Below, in pieces: positions 40,979-47,655 of a DNA stretch of 64,000 nt (its first letter is position 1; every line of letters begins with the position of its first letter). The notes below the pieces were generated by a model that saw only the letters and a list, made by a program, of their open reading frames with translations, was not told the DNA's origin and did no database searches. Made by a program: the position numbers and the translations under genes. Source of the stretch: Candidatus Omnitrophota bacterium (GTDB lineage: Bacteria; Omnitrophota; Gorgyraeia; Zapsychrales; Fredricksoniimonadaceae); contig JBGAJA010000003.1 of the NCBI GenBank assembly GCA_044225175.1, positions 133,428 to 197,427 of the forward strand, in the 5' to 3' direction.

Positions 40979-41158
40979 ATGGAAAACTCCCTCAAAAGTA
41001 TAAATGATATTGCAGTGTTATTAAACGTCGAAGTATCAACGATTTATTCATGGGTTCATACAAGAAGAATCCCTTATTATAAGTTGGGTAGGCTTATCAA
41101 ATTTAGTCCTAAAGATATTGAAAGATGGCTTCAAGAAAAGAAGGTGATGGAAAGATAA
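40979..41158 (+). CDS. excisionase-family HTH protein (59 aa, not in ORF track)
   Basis: MENSLKSINDIAVLLNVEVSTIYSWVHTRRIPYYKLGRLIKFSPKDIERWL. Confidence 0.85.
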   Translation: MENSLKSINDIAVLLNVEVSTIYSWVHTRRIPYYKLGRLIKFSPKDIERWLQEKKVMER

Positions 41159-41162
41159 AATT

Positions 41163-41369
41163 TTAATCAATCAATTTTGAAGGGGTAGTTTTAAGTGCTT
41201 TAGCAAGTTTTTCAAGTAAGGAGAGACCTACATTAGGTGTATTTCTACCTTCGATCTTTTGGATATATTTATATGCAATGCCGCTTTGTTCAGAAAGTTG
41301 TTCTTGTGTCAAATTGAGTTTTTCTCGAAGTTTTTTAACATTATTTCGTAGGATTTCGGGGGTATTCAT
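41163..41369 (-). CDS. XRE-family HTH repressor divergent from the integrase
   Basis: NVKKLREKLNLTQEQLSEQSGIAYKYIQKIEG. Confidence 0.88.
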   Translation of the reverse strand: MNTPEILRNNVKKLREKLNLTQEQLSEQSGIAYKYIQKIEGRNTPNVGLSLLEKLAKALKTTPSKLID

Positions 41370-41428
41370 ACACCCTATTATAGTTAGGTGAATAAATATT
41401 GACACCCAACAATCGTTGGGTGTATATT
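41370..41428. promoter_or_regulatory. tandem operators ACACC-N12-GGTG(T/A) overlapping the integrase promoter
   Basis: 41370-41391 and 41402-41423; TTGACA (41399)-18 nt-TATATT. Confidence 0.7.
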
Positions 41429-41434
41429 TTGACT

Positions 41435-42508
41435 ATGGCAAGAATCTTTCAAAGAGGCAATATGTGGGGTATAGATTACAAAGCCAACGGGATCCGAAAA
41501 AGAGAAATAGTTGGCCCAAATAAGGCTATTGCCCAAATTGCTTTAAAGAAGAAACAAGTTTTAATTGCTGAAAACAAGTTTTTGGATATTAAACGACTTC
41601 CAAGAATGAAATTTACAGAGCTTGCCGACAAGTATATTGAGCTTTACTTAAAGCCAAATCGACCAAACTGGCATAAAGCTGAAGATCATAACATTAGACA
41701 CCTAAAATCTTTTTTTGGCGATCGGTATATTACCGATATTACAGCCATTGATGTAGAGAGGTTTCGACTTGAAAGGCTGAAATGTGTAGGAAAGAATAGC
41801 GTTAATAAGAATACGGCCTGTTTACGAGCAATGTTTAATAAGTCTATAGAATGGAAGCTGTTTGAAGGTCGAAATCCGGTCTCTGGAATCAAATTTTATA
41901 AGCTAGACAATAAAAGGCTCAGATTTCTTGAGAAAGAGGAAATAGGACGCCTTTTAAGCCATTGTGAAGGGCATTTGAGAGACATTGTTGAGTTTGCAAT
42001 TAACACAGGGATGAGAAGAGGGGAGATATTTAATCTAAAGTGGCATGATGTTGATTGGACTAATGGTATTATTCATATTTTGAAAACTAAAAACAGTGAA
42101 AAGAGAGAACTTCCTGTTAATGAGACGGTTCGTAATATCCTAATCAGAGTAAAGAGAGATCCTAATTCACCGTATGTTTTTATGAGTTTTGACGGTAAAC
42201 CGTTCGTTGATATTAAGAAATCGTTTCATACTGCCTTAGTGAAAGCTGGCATAGAGAACTTCCGTTTCCATGATTTGCGTCACACCTTTGCGTCCCAACT
42301 TGTTATGGCAGGTGTAGACTTATTGACTGTTAAGGAACTTCTAGGCCACAAGAAGATTGAAATGACTCTCCGATATTCTCACCTTAGTTGTGATCATAAA
42401 AAGCGTGCGGTAAAGGCTTTAGATGGCCTAAATGGCACAAATTTGGCACCATCAACACCTACTCAACCATTAACTATAGAAATACCAGATAGTTGCGTAA
42501 CTGTTTAA
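41435..42508 (+). CDS. tyrosine recombinase / phage-type integrase
   Basis: TGMRRGE, KTKN, FHDLRHTFAS, LLGHK, MTLRYSH; N-terminal arm-binding segment. Confidence 0.95.
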   Translation: MARIFQRGNMWGIDYKANGIRKREIVGPNKAIAQIALKKKQVLIAENKFLDIKRLPRMKFTELADKYIELYLKPNRPNWHKAEDHNIRHLKSFFGDRYITDITAIDVERFRLERLKCVGKNSVNKNTACLRAMFNKSIEWKLFEGRNPVSGIKFYKLDNKRLRFLEKEEIGRLLSHCEGHLRDIVEFAINTGMRRGEIFNLKWHDVDWTNGIIHILKTKNSEKRELPVNETVRNILIRVKRDPNSPYVFMSFDGKPFVDIKKSFHTALVKAGIENFRFHDLRHTFASQLVMAGVDLLTVKELLGHKKIEMTLRYSHLSCDHKKRAVKALDGLNGTNLAPSTPTQPLTIEIPDSCVTV

Positions 42509-42845
42509 TCAGGTCGCCAGCCTGAGGGTCGATATAAAATGTTAGTAGAAACGACATAAAAGTCATCTAAAAGTAGATTTATTAAGGTAAATTAAATCGT
42601 TTATTCATTTAATTTTCATCTTATTTTTAGTGTTCTTTTGATATAAAAAGTTGACAACTTTTACTTGACAGATTTAACAGCATGATAGAATATAATCGCT
42701 TCCTAAGACATCAATTTAGCTGAATTTACATGTTCATGTCTCTTAAATTCTATCCAATTCGTTTTTTTTATCAAAAAATGTTACTCTTTTTGAGGGGCTA
42801 ATTTAGACTTTTTTGTATTATTTAAAGTATTGAAATCTTAACCAT

Positions 42846-42893
42846 CCCTGTGGTTTCGACCGCAGGGTGCGGGGCTACGAAAGTAGCCCCTGC
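42846..42893 (+). ncRNA. twin tetraloop hairpin leader upstream of the NYN gene (candidate structured RNA)
   Basis: CCCTGTGGT-TTCG-ACCGCAGGG and GGGGCTAC-GAAA-GTAGCCCC in AT-rich context. Confidence 0.5.
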
Positions 42894-42899
42894 TCATTT

Positions 42900-43856
42900 A
42901 TGCCCCCTGTAAAAACTAGTATTTATATTGATGGATTTAACCTTTACCATAGGAGTTTAAAAGATACTCCCTACAAATGGCTTGATTTTAAGTCATTGTT
43001 CTCTAAAATCCTTCCTCCTCATAGAAATGAAATTAATCATATAAAATATTTTACTTCACCTGTTTCTGCTCTTGAAGATGTACATAGACCTCAAAGACAA
43101 GATGCTTACATTCGTGCACTAAAAGCTTATATACCAGAGATCGAAATTTATTGGGGGAGATTTCAAACTCATCCTAAAAGCATGCCTAAAGCCAATCCTG
43201 ATTATCCTACTACTTCAAGTGATGTTTATTTAAGAGATGCCAAAGGAAACTTGATTTATGACAGAGTAGTGAGAGTAGAAGAAAAAGGATCAGATGTTAA
43301 TATAGCCATGCATCTTTTAAATGATGCATGGCTAAATCAATATGGTTGTGCAGTATTAGTTTCTAATGATAACGATATTGCGGGTGCATTAACTTTATTA
43401 GAGAAATACCATCCTAAAAAGATTCGAGGTCTAATTACACCATTTTGTGCTGCTAGTTTAAGAGCGTCTTTATCATCCAAGCCCTTAAATCCTGATCATT
43501 TGTTAACTCCTGCGAAAGATTTGATTGATAACGTCAATTTTGTCAGACAAATGCGAGAAGGGGTTCTTAGGGATTCCCAACTCCCTGATATTATTCCAGG
43601 AACAACAATTCATAAACCTATAGATTGGTGTTGTGGCAGAGTTTCTAAATATCCATTCCAGAAAGAGGGATTAGATTTTGATCTTATAATACCAAAATGT
43701 ATTCAAAAAGGTTATGTAACGAGCGACTATCAAGTAGATTTAGGATTTCTTACAGTAGATCAGGAATTTAAAGGATGGTTTCCTCAATACAATAAAAGTC
43801 ATTTCAATCAAATACAGTCACTTTTACATTTATTTCGTAGCTATCGTGAGTCTTAA
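42900..43856 (+). CDS. NYN-domain (LabA/DUF88, PIN-fold) nuclease with C-terminal extension
   Basis: YIDGFNLY, EEKGSDVNIA, LVSNDNDI; probable start ATG 42900. Confidence 0.85.
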   Translation: MPPVKTSIYIDGFNLYHRSLKDTPYKWLDFKSLFSKILPPHRNEINHIKYFTSPVSALEDVHRPQRQDAYIRALKAYIPEIEIYWGRFQTHPKSMPKANPDYPTTSSDVYLRDAKGNLIYDRVVRVEEKGSDVNIAMHLLNDAWLNQYGCAVLVSNDNDIAGALTLLEKYHPKKIRGLITPFCAASLRASLSSKPLNPDHLLTPAKDLIDNVNFVRQMREGVLRDSQLPDIIPGTTIHKPIDWCCGRVSKYPFQKEGLDFDLIIPKCIQKGYVTSDYQVDLGFLTVDQEFKGWFPQYNKSHFNQIQSLLHLFRSYRES

Positions 43857-44495
43857 ATGAACGTTGACCAAATAACTAATATAGCGATCAAAATTCAACA
43901 ATTAGGTGATAAAGCTGACTTTACTCTATTAGTTGCAATTATAGGTGCTATTGCAGCCATTGCTGCTGCCATTGTAGCAGGTATTTTTGCATACAAGGTG
44001 AATCAGAGTAATACACAGCATCAGAAACAATGGGCTTATATTAATAAGAGAAGTCTTTTAATAGATCATGCAGTCGATACTGTTATAAAGATGATGTATA
44101 CAAAATTATTGATTTGCGATCACAATTCTCAACCTGCAAAGGATAATTTCTTTTCGCTTCAGAAGGATGCACTTTTGATTGAGAGTCATTTAATTGTTTA
44201 TGGTGCACAGAAGATCGCAGAAGCATTAAATGATATAAAGACAGATATAGTCCAATGTCCAGATAAAGAATTTCGTAATCAATGGGCATCAATTTATAGT
44301 AAGGGGACTGGATATTTAGATCAATGTCGTCAATTTCTGGGAAATGATTTAGGGAAAGATTATACGAAATTCTCAAAAGAGCTTACAGCTTCACCGCCGC
44401 CAGCTGTTGAATTTGTACCTAAAACTGTTACTGCAAATACAGCAAGTAGTTTATCTATTCAACAAATAGAAAAATGGCACAAATCTGGCACATAA
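43857..44495 (+). CDS. single-TM hypothetical protein
   Basis: TM LLVAIIGAIAAIAAAIVAGIF; immediately follows the NYN stop; 3' end overlaps the arm repeat. Confidence 0.6.
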   Translation: MNVDQITNIAIKIQQLGDKADFTLLVAIIGAIAAIAAAIVAGIFAYKVNQSNTQHQKQWAYINKRSLLIDHAVDTVIKMMYTKLLICDHNSQPAKDNFFSLQKDALLIESHLIVYGAQKIAEALNDIKTDIVQCPDKEFRNQWASIYSKGTGYLDQCRQFLGNDLGKDYTKFSKELTASPPPAVEFVPKTVTANTASSLSIQQIEKWHKSGT

Positions 44496-44544
44496 TTTAT
44501 TGGCATCTTGTAAGTTGAGTAGCATGAAAGGTTAGAAAAGCGAT

Positions 44545-44562
44545 CCTGTCACTCATAACCTG
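44545..44562 (+). other. attR core with anticodon-loop sequence
   Basis: CCTGTCACTCA-TAACCTG; contains CTCATAA (tRNA-Met anticodon loop). Confidence 0.8.
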
Positions 44563-44634
44563 CATCTTAATGGTCAGGGGTATCATCTTTGGTATGATTT
44601 TATCAAAAGTGAATTATCTGATGATCAAGAGTAA
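44563..44634 (+). pseudogene. SGNH hydrolase, detached 3' end with the catalytic His
   Basis: In frame after AACCTG: HLNGQGYHLWYDFIKSELSDDQE*, completing DNLH (DxxH). Confidence 0.85.
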
Positions 44635-44664
44635 AAACTTATAAAGTTATCATTTTCAGATGGT

Positions 44665-44702
44665 GACTCCTATGATTCTTAAGTAGAATTGTAGGAGTTT
44701 TT
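44665..44702 (+). terminator. 15-bp terminator upstream of crcB (possible fluoride-riboswitch platform)
   Basis: GACTCCTATGATTCT-TAAGT-AGAATTGTAGGAGTT plus T-run. Confidence 0.65.
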
Positions 44703-44732
44703 CATTATTAACCTAAAGGTGAAAGGGTATCT

Positions 44733-45107
44733 ATGGACAAATTCATATGTTTAATTACAGCCGGAGCAATAGGTACTCTTGCAAGATATGGGATTGCATC
44801 TGCCATATATTTACGTATGGGAAGAGATTTTCCCTATGGGACTTTATTGGTTAATCTTATTGGATGCTTCTTAGCTGGATTCTTTGATGCCTTTTTAAAT
44901 GAGAAATTTGCATTAAGTCCGACGCTGCGGCTTTTCTTGCTGACAGGTTTCTGTGGAGCTTTTACTACTTTCTCAGCATTGATCCTAGACTCTTCGAATT
45001 TGGCCAGAGATGGCGAATTCTTTAAAGCTTTATTAAATGTGGTTATTAGTTGTGTTATTGGATTTATTATCTTTCGGTTAGGTGGAATGTTAGGAAAAAT
45101 AATATAA
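44733..45107 (+). CDS. crcB: fluoride channel CrcB/FluC
   Basis: GAIGTLARY, FPYGTLLVN, TGFCGAFTTFS. Confidence 0.93.
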   Translation: MDKFICLITAGAIGTLARYGIASAIYLRMGRDFPYGTLLVNLIGCFLAGFFDAFLNEKFALSPTLRLFLLTGFCGAFTTFSALILDSSNLARDGEFFKALLNVVISCVIGFIIFRLGGMLGKII

Positions 45108-45240
45108 AACAGAGGGAATTCTATATAGTTTACGGCTAGTTCAATGGTGCTCAATTAAAAACCATCAGGAAGTCATCACACTTGTGGTATTTAGGGTGTT
45201 CTCTGTGGTCTATCTTAAGGAAGATTTAAAAAATAGTAGA

Positions 45241-45435
45241 TTATTCGTTTTCTCGTTTAATATCTACAGAGAGAATCTGGTCGCCTCTAATTCTGACATG
45301 GACTGCAATAGGGGCACAGCAGACCGTGCAATCAACCACAAAATACTGGTTATTTCCGCCTGTTAAATCAATGGGGATTTCATTGCTTTGGGAGCAGTAA
45401 GGGCAATAGAAATGTTCAAATTCTTCTAAAGACAT
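45241..45435 (-). CDS. CPXCG-motif cysteine-rich protein
   Basis: CPYC...DCTVCCAPI. Confidence 0.8.
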   Translation of the reverse strand: MSLEEFEHFYCPYCSQSNEIPIDLTGGNNQYFVVDCTVCCAPIAVHVRIRGDQILSVDIKRENE

Positions 45436-45502
45436 GGCTTATTGTAGCATCGTGTTTTGTTTGTAGCCAAAATGTTTTTCCTGTAGTACACTTGGGGCTC
45501 TT

Positions 45503-47383
45503 ATGGCACTCATTAGTTTGCAAGAAATCACATTGGCCTTCGGTGGCCCTCTATTATTTGAGAAACTAAGCCTGCAATTAGAACCAGGTGAGCGGGTTGC
45601 TTTACTTGGCCGAAATGGCGTAGGTAAAACAACTCTCATGAAAGTAATGGCAGGCCAAATTGAAATTGATGGCGGAGAGATTGTTTTTCAAAAGAACATT
45701 AAAGTCACTCATCTTCCCCAAGAAGTCCCCAATGATATTAAAGGAACTGTTTTTGATATTGTTTTTGCAGGGCTTGGCGCTCGTGCCAAAATATTGAGTG
45801 ACTACCACCATATTACCCACCGTTTACATACCGAACATACACCTCAATTAATTCAAGAGTTAGATCGCTTGCAAGGAGAGCTAACTAAGACCAATAGTTG
45901 GGATTTAGATGCAGAAGTAGAGTATGTGCTTACCCAGATGAAGTTAGATGGAGAAGCAGATTTTGAGAAGCTTTCGGGTGGACAGAAAAGGCGTGTTTTA
46001 TTAGCACGTGCCTTGGTTATCAAACCGGAAGTATTGCTTCTAGATGAGCCTACCAACCATTTGGATATCGATACAATCAATTGGCTGGAAGAATTTTTAA
46101 AGACTTATCCCGGTACCCTATTCTTTGTCACTCATGACCGTATGTTTATGACTCATTTAGCCACTCGAATCATTGAGCTAGATCGTGGCAAGATTTTAAA
46201 TTGGTCTTGTGATTACCAGACATTTTTAGAACGTAAGAAAATGGTCCTTGAAATTGAGTCCGCTCAACGAGCAGACTTTGATAAGAAATTAGCGGAAGAA
46301 GAAGTATGGATTCGTAAAGGGGTCAAAGCCCGTCGTACTCGTAATGAAGGGCGAGTTAAGGCCCTTGAACGTCTCCGCGAGGAAAAAAAGAGTCAGCGCC
46401 AACTGATCGGTAAAGCTCGAATTCAAGCTCAGGAAGCTGAAAATTCTGGTCATTTAGTTATTAAAGCTGCTCATTTAGGATTTAGTTATGGAGATCACAA
46501 CATTATCCGCGACTTTTCAACTCAGATTATGAGGGGCGATAAGATTGGTGTGATTGGTGCTAATGGAACAGGAAAGACCACATTGCTACGTATTTTGTTG
46601 GGCCAATTGGAACCTCAAAAGGGTAAGGTCCGTTTGGGGACCAATCTTGAAGTCCTTTATTATGATCAATTGCGTGAACAATTAGATGAAGATAAAACTG
46701 TAATTGAGAATGTCTGTAAAGGTGGAGATACCGTAACGATCAATGGAAAGCCCAGACATATTATCGGATATTTGGAAGATTTTTTATTTACTCCTGATCG
46801 AGCTAGGACACCTGTTAAAGTTCTTTCCGGTGGAGAACGCAATCGTTTATTTTTGGCAAGACTCTTTACTAAGCCTTCCAACTTCTTAGTCATGGATGAA
46901 CCCACTAACGATCTTGATATCGAAACGCAGGAACTTCTAGAAGAACTTCTCATGGAGTATAGCGGTACAATTATTTTAGTTAGTCACGACAGATCGTTCT
47001 TAAATAATGTTGTAACATCAACCATTGTTTTAGAAGGCCAAGGTGAGATTTATGAATATGCAGGGGGATATGACGATTGGCTTGATCAGAAGAAGCTTAA
47101 AGAAAAGCCACAGCCCATTAAATCTCAAACATCAAAAGTAAAAACTGAGCAACCCAAGTCAGAAAAAAAGATTTCATATAATGAAGAAAAAGAGTTAGAG
47201 AGTCTTCCTGCTAAGATTCAAAGACTTGAAGAAGAACAAATGAAGCTGCATACCATGTTTGCGGATAGTTCCTTTTATCAAAAGTCTCCTCAAGAAATTG
47301 CCAAAACCCAACAGCGTTCAGAAATCCTTGCCCAAGAATTGCTTGAAGCTTACGAACGTTGGGAATATTTAGCCAGCCTTTAA
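45503..47383 (+). CDS. uup: ABC-F family ATPase Uup
   Basis: Two ABC cassettes, WIRKGVKARRTRNEGRV linker, C-terminal coiled coil ending RWEYL. Confidence 0.9.
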   Translation: MALISLQEITLAFGGPLLFEKLSLQLEPGERVALLGRNGVGKTTLMKVMAGQIEIDGGEIVFQKNIKVTHLPQEVPNDIKGTVFDIVFAGLGARAKILSDYHHITHRLHTEHTPQLIQELDRLQGELTKTNSWDLDAEVEYVLTQMKLDGEADFEKLSGGQKRRVLLARALVIKPEVLLLDEPTNHLDIDTINWLEEFLKTYPGTLFFVTHDRMFMTHLATRIIELDRGKILNWSCDYQTFLERKKMVLEIESAQRADFDKKLAEEEVWIRKGVKARRTRNEGRVKALERLREEKKSQRQLIGKARIQAQEAENSGHLVIKAAHLGFSYGDHNIIRDFSTQIMRGDKIGVIGANGTGKTTLLRILLGQLEPQKGKVRLGTNLEVLYYDQLREQLDEDKTVIENVCKGGDTVTINGKPRHIIGYLEDFLFTPDRARTPVKVLSGGERNRLFLARLFTKPSNFLVMDEPTNDLDIETQELLEELLMEYSGTIILVSHDRSFLNNVVTSTIVLEGQGEIYEYAGGYDDWLDQKKLKEKPQPIKSQTSKVKTEQPKSEKKISYNEEKELESLPAKIQRLEEEQMKLHTMFADSSFYQKSPQEIAKTQQRSEILAQELLEAYERWEYLASL

Positions 47384-47403
47384 GAAACTCCTTCTTATCT
47401 AAA

Positions 47404-47436
47404 TTCATCTTGTCTTCATCTTAATTTTGGTAAATT
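47404..47436 (+). promoter_or_regulatory. phased direct-repeat promoter, regulon copy 5
   Basis: TTCATCT at 47404 and 47415; TG-n-TAAATT at 47431. Confidence 0.6.
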
Positions 47437-47450
47437 TAATTATAGATAAG

Positions 47451-47478
47451 GTAGAGACGCAAGATCTTACGTCTCCAC
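47451..47478. repeat. GTAG-type REP-like palindrome (imperfect)
   Basis: GTAGAGACGCAAGATCTTACGTCTCCAC. Confidence 0.6.
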
Positions 47479-47500
47479 CTAACAAAAACAGGAGGTCAAA

Positions 47501-47620
47501 ATGAATAAACCAAAAATTCAAGATGATCGAGTAGTTTGGCTCTATGAAGAACTAGAAGAAGATTTTTTAACAGGAAAGAACCAAGAGTTCTCTAATGATA
47601 TTTGGGAAGATGATGAATAA
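47501..47620 (+). CDS. 39-aa acidic small protein (not in ORF track)
   Basis: RBS AGGAGG; MNKPKIQDDRVVWLYEELEEDFLTGKNQEFSNDIWEDDE. Confidence 0.5.
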   Translation: MNKPKIQDDRVVWLYEELEEDFLTGKNQEFSNDIWEDDE

Positions 47621-47655
47621 TTAAGACAAGCGGCCTATAAAGGGGGCATTATTTT

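Noticed and set aside
42604-42647. Seventh copy of the phased promoter motif inside the element (weaker ones near 30592 and 14165)
   Set aside because: Repeats or -10 are degenerate in very AT-rich DNA and cannot be separated from chance by eye.
42867-42899. GTG 42867 as the NYN start
   Set aside because: It lies within the hairpin pair and adds a non-domain leader; ATG 42900 sits just before the first NYN strand.
36018-44494. 20-bp direct repeat TGGCACAAATCTGGCACATA as attL/attR
   Set aside because: Recombining there would not restore the host gene. Its internal tandem structure and third copy fit arm-type sites; the ATAACCTG junctions explain the split gene.
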